Below are positions 48,798-59,825 of a stretch of 64,000 nucleotides of DNA, piece after piece. How positions within the stretch are numbered: the first letter of the stretch is position 1; each line of letters starts with the position of its first letter. This DNA comes from Macrostomum hystrix (Eukaryota; Animalia; Platyhelminthes). The stretch is from positions 9,858,001 to 9,922,000 of the forward strand of contig CATNEN010000038.1 in assembly GCA_950097015.1 (NCBI GenBank), in the 5' to 3' direction. A program made the translations under genes and the position numbers. Below the pieces are notes generated by a model, which did not search any database, was not told where the DNA came from, and saw only the letters and a list, made by a program, of their open reading frames with translations.

Positions 48798-51155
48798 GGC
48801 CTACTGTACATAATGCTTTAACTGTTTTTAAGCAATATATCAACCTCATAGCATGTATCAACAACAGCTGTCTGTCACAAGTGTTGTTGCATTACCATTC
48901 AAGGCATTGGACTGCTTTCAGTGGGACAATCATGAATTTTTATAATCAAAGCATTTTATAGAAACTAAGAAAATTATGCAGCTGAGAAACTTCCAGAATC
49001 CTATAGTAGGCCTATTAGCTTATTAGATTTATCAATGGCTAGGCCTAGGCTTAAGTTTACATTTTACTGTTCAATTCTTGAATTATTTCTGTTCTAAATT
49101 ATATTTTTGTTCTTTGTTCATTATATTAGATAGATAAGCTAATAAAGCTAATAAACTGTAGCTAGGAGCATACTGTTCTAGGGCCTATTCATAATTTTAA
49201 ATAGGCCTAGTTAACAGGCCCACATATTTTCTGAGTTTAGCTGAGCAGCATAGCGTTCCTATTAAATGGAGTAGATTTTATCATATGAATAGCTAATTGC
49301 ACTAATGATATACACATATATATTTACATGTTCACATGTTTAGAGTGATTTACTTTCGTTTGTTTATTTTTTGTTAAAATACAAAGCTGGCTATGATGCT
49401 ATCTTCTCAGTCATATTGTAGAAACGTTTTGGAATTATAAAATATGTGCATTTCTAGCTTCAGCATTACATTTTTGTGCTTTTCTACCTACATATGTATC
49501 TACAATATAGACATAGGCCTAGCTAATATCTAGTCAAGCATCACTAGACCAAGTTTCAGCGACTCGTGGTCAAATTTAATTCAACAATTACAAAGAGTAG
49601 TAATAGGCTGCGTAGCTAGTGGCAACGCCTATAATTTGCCTACCATTTAATAACTTTGGTTTAGCAATGGATATGTCCCAAAACAAAACACAAAATTTCA
49701 ATTTTTGCGTAAATATTACTCTACGCTATATAGTTAAGGATTTTCTTACAATTTTTTTGTTGTAACTTAAAATGATAAAAACACAAGTTTCGTTTTTAAC
49801 AAATTGTCATGAAATGAAGTAATAAAGGTTACAGCGGGACACTAATTCTTTGCAAAAAAAATGTGTCAAATAAAGTTTAAGTTTTAATCTTGATTTTGAA
49901 AATATAAGTTCAATACTTAATTATCTGTTATACAATACACGTGATATCCATATTTGATTCGGCTGTTGCGGTTACGGTTAACCTCTTACCGTTATACTAT
50001 GTTAAAGCTCTTGAAGCTCAATAAATTTAGTTAAAGAAATATACCACCAATAAGCAACTGTGTACTTACAGTGACCGTGAAGGACTGACAAAGAGCGACC
50101 TTGATATATTCAAATCCGCGCAGTGTGTGGAACACATTTTATGTGGAACACATTACACATTTCGCAGTTGTGGAAATATTGAAATAAAGCAGATTATATA
50201 ATGTCATTAAAAAAGCCTTACTCTTTATATTTATTTCTCACAAACAAACCTTTGATGATTTAATTATGAACTGAAATATAATAATAACGAATATAAACTA
50301 TAATAATAAAATATATAATAAGCAAAGGAAAAGGACTGAAAAGGACTACTACACAAAAAACGATGAACTGTTTAATTCATCGTAAAATTAATCGGCCAGT
50401 CACTTTTAAATTTCATGCCTGCTGACTAAGGTTCTTAGAAAGCTGGTAAACATGGTGTACATCAACTTTAGGATTAGCAGGTTAAGGATGTTTTTTTACC
50501 AGCGATGCTACTACGAGTAGTAAAATACGCAAATTGCACATTTACTTACAAGCTTAAACGATCTTACAGGCTGCAAAATTAACCAAAAATGACTGGCAGG
50601 ATAAATAGGGCCTATGTAACACAGGGACTAATGTCGTCGATAAATAGTTTAGAGTCTTTGAATCCGTGCGGACTGTACTGATTGTCCTAGGTATAGAGAT
50701 ATTATCTTGCTTTTTAAGTACCTAAATAATTCTTACTATTCTTCAAGTCAGTCTAAAGAAACAAGAACGCATTCTAAAGAAGCAGCAAGAGGGGGGATTA
50801 AATTTAGGGTAAAACGAATCAAACGAAATTAACCATGCTAAATCAATACGCGCAGCAAAACGACTTCTAAGACTGACATAGAAGGTTTGCTGTCATAAAA
50901 ACTAGGAAAAAAGAAGACACAGCGACAGCCAAGAAGCGGCGAGAGACAAAGACAGCGGGATGGCGGCGTGGTAGAAAATCATATAAATAAAGCAATCTGA
51001 AGACTATTGCTAAGCTGGTCTGATAAGAGCTAAGGTGAACAAATGGCGCAAAAGGGCTAGTGTGTTCGGCTAATTGTAAAGTGCACAATTAGAATACGTA
51101 TTAGTACATAGCCCAGTGACTCTCGGCTAGTGATCTACTATATATCCAGGTGACA

Positions 51156-54100
51156 TCAGCTGCTTAAAGTTGCGGTCGACTTTCGGGTAGACATGATGCG
51201 ACGAACGCTAAGCTGGCACTGCATGAGCTCCATGAACACTTCATACTTGCGATCGTGGTATTCCCGCACTGCCGGGTTCGGCATCACCACCTCGCCTTGG
51301 CCGCAAAGTGCGTCCATCGCCTGCCGGACAGGAGTGACAGGAGAGTGATTGGGTGAGTGACAGGATAGTGATAAGGTGAGTGACAGGAGATTGATAAGAT
51401 AAGTGATAGGGTGAGCGAAAGAGTGGGTGACAGAAGTGAGTGAAAGGATAAGTCAATCAGTGTGACAGTTTGGTTGACTGGTTGAGTGACAGGGAGAGTG
51501 TGGGTGAGCGCAACAACCAATTTGACAGGCCGCAATAGAGATTTCAATGCTGATTGGTGTGTTTAGAATGATTGGCAGCTCACTCACCTGGCTGACGGTG
51601 CTGTACTGACCAGCCGCAGTGGCCGAACTCACAGCCACGCCCTGCAGGATGGACTCATCGCATGCGGGCAGCACCACGGGCACGTTGAGCACATCGGCGT
51701 GAGCCTGGACGTACATTTGGTTTCGGCGTAGACCGCCGGACAGGTAGATGGCATCGATGCGGTGCTGCCTGCGTGGCGGAGGGTGGCGAGGCGGCACACC
51801 TGGTACAATGAGCTCGCGAATTCCATAAATTTTCCTCCTATAGCAATCAGGCCTGCAGCCTCACCGGAGGTTCTCCACAATGTGCCTGGTGCCATAGGCC
51901 AGCGCCTGCACCGTGGCCAGGTACAGCAGCGCCCATTCGCCGTCAGAGTCGTACATGCGCCAGCCAAGCAGCATGCCGGACAGGTCCGGGTCGGCCAGCG
52001 GTGACCGGTTGCCATGGAGATCCGGCCAGACGTGCAAGTCTGAGGTGAGGCTGTCAATATTAGCCAGGTCTCGCTCCTTGGCCATGCGGGCCAGGCAGGT
52101 GGTCACATTGTCCAGGGCAGCGTAGCCCTGCACAGCCTTCTCTTCAATAGTTCCCATTCGCCGCAGGACATAGTCCAGCAGCAGGCCGGAGGCGCTCTGA
52201 CCGCTCTCCGTCAGCCACAGGGCGGGCACCATGACGGACAGGTAGGGGCCCCAGGCACCGGGCACCAGCTCCTTCTTGCGGCTGAGGGCCAGGTGGCAGG
52301 AGGAGGTGCCGGCAATGAGCGCCATTCGGCGGTGAATCGGCAGCTCGTCCAAACCAGGCGCCTTGCACAGGATGGAGCCCAGGCCGCCAGCGTGAGCGTC
52401 CAGGATGCCGGCGGAGACCACCGTGCCGGGCGACAGGCCGCCCAGTTCGGTAGCGGCCCGCTGGGATAGGCCGCCGCCTACGGGATCGCCAATCTCCAGG
52501 ATCTTGCTGCCGATGCGACGATGTCCGTCTTCAAGCAGCACCTGGATTGTTTAGCAGCGCCCATGAAAGTCCCGAGTTCGATTCCTGACTCTACTAGAAA
52601 ATTTTTAGCCTTTTTAGAAAAACAATGAGCTCTGCATTGCTTTGTTTCAATTTTAATTGGCAACCTATATTAGCTGGGGTAATGCGTTTGCCTCTCGCAA
52701 CTATGTCTCTGAGCTCGATTCCGCGGCGAGGCCACATTCATTTGGGGCGCAGCCGCGGAGAGAAGGCTTGGGAGGTTGTCGTACAATCTACGCCCTCGAG
52801 AGCCAACCTCCAAGGCACAATGTATGTTTACACTGCCTGATGATGAGAAAGTCCCTGTGTGAGCGTTGACATCGTACAGTATCTGTGTACATGTGTGCTC
52901 AAGATTCAGCGAAATGGTCAGAATCGCCTGCTTGCTGGCTGCGACTGCGAGTCTAGTGTCACCAAAATGATGGGCCAAAATAAAGGCCAGACACATCAGG
53001 CAACAGGTAAGACTCTCACCGACAGGCCGATCATCTTCCAGAAGGATTCGTCCCAAGAGTCGCGCTCCGAGTCGTACAGCCATTTACACACAACCGAGCA
53101 GCGGGACCTGCTGTCGCAGTCGGTGGCTCTCAGGGTGAGAAAGTCGCACAGGTCCAGCACGTAGCTGGCCGATTTCAGCCAGTCGGCGCCGCGGTTCTTC
53201 TTCAACCAGAGCAACTTAGGCGGCTGCATCTCTGGCGACAGGAAGCCGCCAACATGCTGCAGCATGCGGTGCCCGGTCTTGTTGATGAAGCGGGCCTCCT
53301 CGGTGGCGCGATGGTCCAGCCACATAATGACATTGTGATGCGAGTGGGAGCCGCAGGTGGACAGGGGCTGGCGCTTCTCGTCTAGCACCACCAAGGAGCA
53401 GGTGGCAGCGAATCCAATGGCTTTCACCTGCGGGGTTGGCAAGAGCTTGAGCATTTTGCTGGGGACCATGGATAGTCTCATACAGGAGTTTGCCTACTCA
53501 AATTGAGGATCTGTCGGGATTTGGCTACTCAAATTGAGGATCTGTCGGGATTTGGCTGCTCAAGTTGAGGATCTGTCGGGATTTGGCTACTCAAATTGAG
53601 GATCTGTGGGGATTTGGCTACTCAAGTTGAGGATCTGTCGGGATTTGGCTACTCAAATTGAGGATCTGTGGGGATTTGGCTACTCAAGTTGAGGATCTGT
53701 CGGGATTTGGCTACTCAAATTGAGGATCTGTCGGGATTTGGCTACTAAAGTTGAGGACTGTCGGGATTTGGCTACTAAAGTTGAGGACTGTCGGGATTTG
53801 GCTACTAAAGTTGAGGATCTGTCGGGATTTGGCTACTCAAATTGAGGATCTGTCGGGATTTGGCTACTCAAATTGAGTATCTGTCGGGATTTGGCTACTA
53901 AAGTTGAGGATCTGTCGGGATTTGGCTACTCAAGTTGAGGATCTGTCGGGATTTGGCTACTCAATTTGAGGATCTTTCGGGATTTGGCTACTCAAGTTGA
54001 GGATCTGTGGGGATTTGGCTACTGAAAGAGAGGATCTAGGGAGTTTTTCTACTCAATATGAGGATATTAATTTCAGAATCTATATTTCGTAGGTGAGAAA

Positions 54101-54344
54101 AAGTCTCAAGGCGAGACAGACAGAGCTGAGGTAGGACCTTCGTGGGATTCTGTTTGGTCTTAGACAGCACGTCGCGGACGCAGGCGCAGACTGCTGACCA
54201 GATGCCATCAGAGCTCTGCTCAAACATCATTGGAGCTGGCCGGTAGATTTCCACGGCCTCTGTGGCGTGGCCCAGCAGGTCGCCGGACTCTGAAAAGATG
54301 CCAGCACGCACGCTGGAGGTGCCGACATCTACGGAAATGTACGC
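51156..54344 (-). CDS. FGGY: FGGY carbohydrate kinase domain-containing protein (D-ribulokinase-like); 5 exons, ~546 aa
   Basis: Exons 54138-54344, 53020-53427, 51865-52541, 51588-51768, 51156-51320, phase-compatible (1638 nt). Motifs YISVDVGTSSVRAG, IGFAATCSLV, VIMWLDHRA, SPEMQPPKLLWLK, IAGTSSCH, ESGQSASG, PDLHGNRSPLADP. No in-frame genomic ATG next to the first exon. Confidence 0.93.
51325..51510. repeat. Degenerate gagtgacag low-complexity repeat, FGGY intron
   Basis: Recurrent gtgagtgacagg motif. Confidence 0.55.
52670..52975 (+). mobile_element. tRNA-derived structured SINE-like element, family B (FGGY intron)
   Basis: A-box-like TAGCTGGGGTAA, B-box-like GAGCTCGATTCC, body homologous to 39920-40115; preceded by another degenerate tRNA-like head (GAGTTCGATTCC at ~52574). 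Confidence 0.65.
53487..54035. repeat. 31-nt minisatellite, FGGY intron
   Basis: Unit ggatctgtcgggatttggctactcaaattga. Confidence 0.95.
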
Positions 54345-54639
54345 CTGGAAGACGGCGATGCGGGCCGAATTGGATTAGCTGATTTTTAGCTAAAGAACTA
54401 TACAGGCCTTTTTATCGCATTTTATGAATTCTAAAAATTTCACTGGGATTTCCCGGGTCTAAATAAATTATCCAACTGGGGTTCCTGGATTTCTAACTAT
54501 CAAAAACAATTGAGAATTCTCTGATTTTAAACTATTAAATGTAATAGGGAAATCCTTGGTTTGGAACTAATAGTTCCTTTAAGGTACCCTTGACTCTAAC
54601 CATTATATTTTTGGGATTTCCTATTAACTAAGGGATTAA

Positions 54640-55010
54640 CTATCAAATCTTATTGGGATTTCCCTGACTCCAAAGTATCAAATCTTATTGGGATTTCCCT
54701 GACTCCAAAGTATCAAATCATATTGGGATTTCCCTGACTCCAAAGTATCAAATCTTATTGGGATTTCCCTGACTCCAAAGTATCAAATCATATTGGGATT
54801 TCCCTGACTCCAAAGTATCAAATCTTATTGGGATTTCCCTGACTCCAAAGTATCAAATCTTATTGGGATTTCCCTGACTCCAAAGTATCAAATCATATTG
54901 GGATTTCCCTGACTCCAAAGTATCAAATCTTATTGGGATTTCCCTGACTCCAAAGTCTCAAATCATATTGGGATTTCCCTGACTCCAAAGATTGGGATTT
55001 CCCTTACTCC
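54640..55010. repeat. 35-nt minisatellite between SART1 and FGGY
   Basis: Unit tattgggatttccctgactccaaagtatcaaatct, ~10 copies. Confidence 0.95.
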
Positions 55011-55656
55011 CTAAAATATTTCTGAAAGTTTCTTAATTCTAAACTGATAAATCCAATCAGGACATTCCAGATTTTTACTTTCGCAGCAATATAATCATAT
55101 ACAATAGAATCCCTATGACCAGTCATAGTCAAATAAAGCTTTTGAATAATTTGAGACTTGACGCAACTGATAAAATCAGGCAGTCTTTTTTATTGATTTT
55201 CTAAACAGCGCATTGTTTTACAGACGATGTTAAAAAAGGACTCACACGTACACAGAAATAGTACCGTAGCAGTGCAAGGCTATCATTTTTTATGACGTAA
55301 GGTCAATTATTTATTTACAAAAAAGCGCAAAGCAACTCTCTCTCCAGAGCTGGTATGCCAGCGGCCCGCCAACAGGTCTGAAACGGCGGAGGGTGAGGCG
55401 GGTAGGGAGCATTGCGCAGCGATGTGCTCATCATATTATTGATAGTAGTACGATACGAGACTAACAAAGAGAGATACAATATTTTTACGACAATGTCTAC
55501 GGTCGAATCTAGATTATAGAGAGCGCAAAATTTGATCAAAAAAACCACCGAGACGAAGAAACGGCGAGAGTAAGGAGCTGGTACAGTTTAGAACATTAGA
55601 GTGAGACGCGTCGTCATCTTATTAGTTTATTTCGTTACACTTACAGCGGCCGGGGC

Positions 55657-58056
55657 TCATTTCGACACACCGGACGGCAGGGAGGCAGCGGCACCCCGGC
55701 CGCTCAGGCACACGTAGGCCGTGCCCTGCCGCTCCAGCTTGGCGTGCAGTTTCTCAGCGGTGCCAAGCGGAGTGTCCGAGCTGCCCATGGACTTCAGCAG
55801 CTCTTCCTCTTTGATCTTCTTTAGCCGCTTCTCCGTCTTCTTCTTGCCGCTTCCCTTGCCGTGGAAGCGGTGGCTCAGGAAATCGAAGGCGTCCTTCTGG
55901 TTCAGGACGCGGCCATCGTCGTCCGTGTACTCCAGCTTTACATCCGGCCGGTAGTTGCGCAGCTCCTTGAACTCCTGGACAGACCCGCCACCGCCGCCGC
56001 CGAAGTTTAGCCGTTCGCGGCGTCCGAACTTGGCATCGATGTCGTCGTGGCGCAGGTCCTCCTGGAACACCCTCTTAGCTCGCAGGCTGGAGAACTGGCT
56101 GGCGCTGTCGCCGGCATCCTGGCGGGAGGCCTCGCTCTCCAGGTAGCCCTTCCGCCTGGCCAACTCGAGTGCTGCCGCCACGCCGCCTCGGCGAAGCTCC
56201 GGTTCCTCCTCCAGGATGCCGCCCGCGCCGCCGCCGCCAGCCGCAGCCTGCTCAGCGTCGGACACGTCCATGCTGTCTTCGTCATCTGCTGGCTTGCGTC
56301 GATACTGTTGCTGCTGCTGCTGGTGAGAAGCGTTCTGGGCGATCTCCTTCCACGTGCCAACCTGTCCTCGACGACCGTAGATGCTGTAGTCAGTGCTGCC
56401 AGCAGCATCGTCTTGATCCATCTCATCCATTCCATCGGCAGCATCGCCGGCTTCAGCAGCCGTCGCTGCGGCATCAGCAGCTTCCGCCCTGGCCTCGGCC
56501 TGCGCGACTGCGGCCGCGGTTGCAGCAGCGGAGGCTCCGCCAAGGCTGCGACAGAACTCGGCCGTGGTGTCGAACACCATGCCGCCGCCGTTTGCGCTTA
56601 TCTCCTCATCCTCTTCGTTGGCTTCTGACGACCGAAAGTTCGCTCGGAGCGTCGGCGGCCGACGCTGCCGAGTAGACGCCACGCCGCCTGGCTGCTGTTG
56701 AATACGACGCGCTCGCTCCAGCAGCAGCTGAAGATCTTCAAGAGCTTCGTCGGCGACAGACGGCGTCTGGTCGATGATTTCAGCGTCAGTCAGGCCGCGG
56801 CTTGTTGGTACATCGTCGGGCAGCTCGCCATCTTCAGGCCGCTGACTAGCTTCATCCTCCACTAGAGGCAGTAGATCGTCAGCCTTCAGCATCCGCGACT
56901 TCGCCACCTTCCGCTTCCGGCGCTTGAATTTGGCCGCCTCAGCCACCTCTGCCGGTGTCAAAAAGTCGGCCGCGAGACGGGGCTCCAACGGACCGTCCAA
57001 AGACACGGAGGCTGCTGCCGCTGCAGCCCTGGCCACGGCAGCCGCAGACGGAGCCGGAGTCTCCATCTGGCCACCGGTAAGCACGAAGGCGCGCTTCCTG
57101 GAAGCCGAGTCGCTGCCAATCACCGAGTCGTACTTGGCCAGCACAGAAGGAGCTCCGGCGCCGGCTTGGCCAACAAAGCCGCCCTCATCTTCGTCGCTGT
57201 TGAACTCGCCTTCCTGTCCAGCATTGGCTGAGTGCCAGGCCGAGCCGGTCTGTGCCCTGTTGCGCACATTCTCCGCGTGCTTCTCGTCGTCAACCATGTT
57301 GACGTTGATTAGCGTCTCAGCCTCGGCTTCTTCATCGCCGGCCGCTAGAACTCCACGATCCTGCAGCACTAGTACCGTTGTCTGGCCCTCCTTGAACTGC
57401 TTGGCTGAGTGGGCCACCCGCAGGCCGGCCAGGTCCGAGCTTGAATAGCTGGTAGCCGAAGCCACGTCCGCTTCAACTAGCCGGCTGACATCGAACTCCG
57501 CGTCCAAGTCGGCCAGCTCCTTGGCTCGCTGCTCCGCCAGTTTGCGCTCCGCCTCCAGAGTCCGACTCCGCTGAGTCCAAGCCGCGGCTGACAAATATTT
57601 GTCGTCGTCCTCATCCTGGTCATCGTCGCCGAGGCCTCGCAGCCGTGTCAGGCGCTCCCGCATCTCGCGCCTCTGCCTGCCGATAATAGTCCGCTCCTGC
57701 ACCTTGGCTGTGTGTTTGGCCTGGGTCAAACTCTTTGCCGGGACGTGAAGGAAATTAGCCGATGAAGAGCCGGGCTTGGCGTCCGGGTCAGTCGGAGTGT
57801 CCACCTCCAGCGGCTTCAAGCCGAGCTTGGCGCGCAGCTTGTTTGTCTCCTCGATGCTAAGCGAGATTACTTCGCCGCTGCCGCCGGCATCGTGAGAATC
57901 ATCGGCCTGCTGTTGTTGAACCTGATGCTGACGGCGGTGTGAGGAGGAAGAAGATGTCGATGGCGGCAGCTGCTGCTGCGGCTGCGGCGAGGCCGAGCGG
58001 GACCTTCGACGGCGCTTGCGTTTCTCGCTTTTCCTACTGGAGTCACCTGTGCCCAT
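55657..58056 (-). CDS. SART1: U4/U6.U5 tri-snRNP-associated protein 1 (SART1/Snu66); single coding exon, ~799 aa
   Basis: HIND motif SLSIEETNKLRAKLGLKPL; C-terminal YRPDVKLEYTDDDGRVLNQKDAFDFLSHRFHGKGSGKKKTEKRLKK and SSDTPLGT; likely start MGTGDSSRK at 58056, 11 nt after a tttcag acceptor. Confidence 0.95.
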   Translation of the reverse strand: MGTGDSSRKSEKRKRRRRSRSASPQPQQQLPPSTSSSSSHRRQHQVQQQQADDSHDAGGSGEVISLSIEETNKLRAKLGLKPLEVDTPTDPDAKPGSSSANFLHVPAKSLTQAKHTAKVQERTIIGRQRREMRERLTRLRGLGDDDQDEDDDKYLSAAAWTQRSRTLEAERKLAEQRAKELADLDAEFDVSRLVEADVASATSYSSSDLAGLRVAHSAKQFKEGQTTVLVLQDRGVLAAGDEEAEAETLINVNMVDDEKHAENVRNRAQTGSAWHSANAGQEGEFNSDEDEGGFVGQAGAGAPSVLAKYDSVIGSDSASRKRAFVLTGGQMETPAPSAAAVARAAAAAASVSLDGPLEPRLAADFLTPAEVAEAAKFKRRKRKVAKSRMLKADDLLPLVEDEASQRPEDGELPDDVPTSRGLTDAEIIDQTPSVADEALEDLQLLLERARRIQQQPGGVASTRQRRPPTLRANFRSSEANEEDEEISANGGGMVFDTTAEFCRSLGGASAAATAAAVAQAEARAEAADAAATAAEAGDAADGMDEMDQDDAAGSTDYSIYGRRGQVGTWKEIAQNASHQQQQQQYRRKPADDEDSMDVSDAEQAAAGGGGAGGILEEEPELRRGGVAAALELARRKGYLESEASRQDAGDSASQFSSLRAKRVFQEDLRHDDIDAKFGRRERLNFGGGGGGSVQEFKELRNYRPDVKLEYTDDDGRVLNQKDAFDFLSHRFHGKGSGKKKTEKRLKKIKEEELLKSMGSSDTPLGTAEKLHAKLERQGTAYVCLSGRGAAASLPSGVSK

Positions 58057-58883
58057 ATCTTTGTTTACTGAAATGTGTTGTGAAACAGTACGGTAAGATA
58101 TATTTACAAGCTCTGGGATTTTCGCTTGTATGCCATTCTTTATAGCATACACATGGCTTGGAAACACTATCTAACATAAACTTGACTACAAAATGATTGA
58201 CTTTATATATAAACGATTTGCACATATATGTCCATTTGTTTTTTTGTAGACTTTTTGTAAACTCTTGTAAGTTGTTTCTTAAAATTGTTAAAAAGTCAAG
58301 ATTGAACATTTATGGGTATAATACAATACAAGATAAATTAGTCAAGAAATACCAAACTTGCTTGTTTGTGTAATTGTAGCCCTGATAGTTGTATTAGGAC
58401 TGGAATTTAAGACAGTGTATCAAATGAATATAACCAGTGCAAAGCAAACTGTGCAAACCTATATATATATGGGAATACATGAGATAATTAAGTGATAAAG
58501 TTGATAATAGTGCTTTACGACTTGGACAGTTGCATGCTACCATAAGAGTTAATAAATACTCTAATATATGTATGTTATACTGGTTTAAAAAATTAGCAGA
58601 GTTCAAATTATAATAAAAGAGCCCTTTAAAACTTACTAGCCATGATAGCCATCAAGCCTAACTTGTTCTACTCTAGCAAGATTTACAGACAGAAGTGTCA
58701 GCCTGACTCAGTAGGTTGTAGGTCATATTAATGACAAGACATTTTGGTGAGTCAATTCACTGACACCTATTTTTGTACCTGAATATACTAATAAAGCTGC
58801 CTTTCACATGAACTATGTGTAGTAGTGCTGATTTTATGAGCAATTTTTTCTTTGTTACAGTATAATATGTGTATTGGTAACCA

Positions 58884-59825
58884 TAGTGTAGATCATGTAG
58901 TGCACACGAGAATTTTCCCATGTGCATTTTCAAAAGTGGCGTGCACCGGCGTGTGATTAGGTAAGTGGCGTGCAATTGGCATACATAAAGCACACTACAT
59001 AAATACACTGGCGTGCCTGGCATGCGCCGCGTGCCACGTGCCTGGCACCTGATGTGGCAATGCTGCCAATGCATTGGTAAGCAGACATACAATATGTATT
59101 ATTGTATTTAACTTTTGAAAAAAAAACGATTGTATATAAACATTGTATAAGACTGTTAAATTAATTAATTTATGATAAATACACGTTTTTAAAGATATAT
59201 CACTTCTTTCGTACATTGTTTGTTGCTTTGTTTTACACAATGCAATTAAAAATACATTTTTTGTCTTTCAATTTGAATTTCAATTTATCATTTATTGTAA
59301 TAATTAACCATCAATCATGAATCATATTCATAATTCGTGACATCAAGGATTTATTTAGACAAATACAATTATACTATTCTATTTCTAATTCTAAGTAATT
59401 AATTAAACTCTAATAATAAAGATGTCAAAACAATCAAAACGACCAAAAATGGCAAAAATAGATCTTGATGAGTCCTGTCATTCAGACTCAGACTCTTCAG
59501 CAGCTTCATTTGCCTTCAGTCCAAGTCTGACCTAGAGAATGAGGATGCCGACTAAATTAAATTGGTTAACTGATTTCTATTATTACAGTTTTAGTAGCAG
59601 TTATTTGATTATTTGGTTATGGTTATGGTTATGGTTATGGTTATTTGATATGGTTAGTTATGGTTAAGGTGTTTTAAGTTTTGTTATTTGTTGTTACCTG
59701 TGGTTAGTAGTGGCCTAGTCATTGTCCTAGTAGGCGTGCATCGGCGTGCATTCACTTGTCATCGACATGCTTTTGGGGATTAGCTTTGGGTCATTTCTCG
59801 CGTGCACTTAGTATGATCCACACTA
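58884..59825. mobile_element. Non-autonomous TIR element (hAT-like termini TAGTG...CACTA)
   Basis: Imperfect ~37-bp inverted ends (tagtgtRgatcat...agtgcacRcgagaa), repeated subterminal ggcgtgca motifs, internal (GGTTAT)n; no clean TSD. Confidence 0.5.

Noticed and set aside
52830-52925. Hammerhead ribozyme in SINE family B, and in the minus strand of the 61-mer
   Set aside because: CTGAYGA and GAAA are present but no stem II closes directly between them; the 61-mer has CTGATGG rather than CTGANGA.
58057-58167. N-terminal extension of the SART1 ORF in the track
   Set aside because: Non-ATG start, AT-rich, and largely upstream of a tttcag acceptor; ATG 58056 fits the family.
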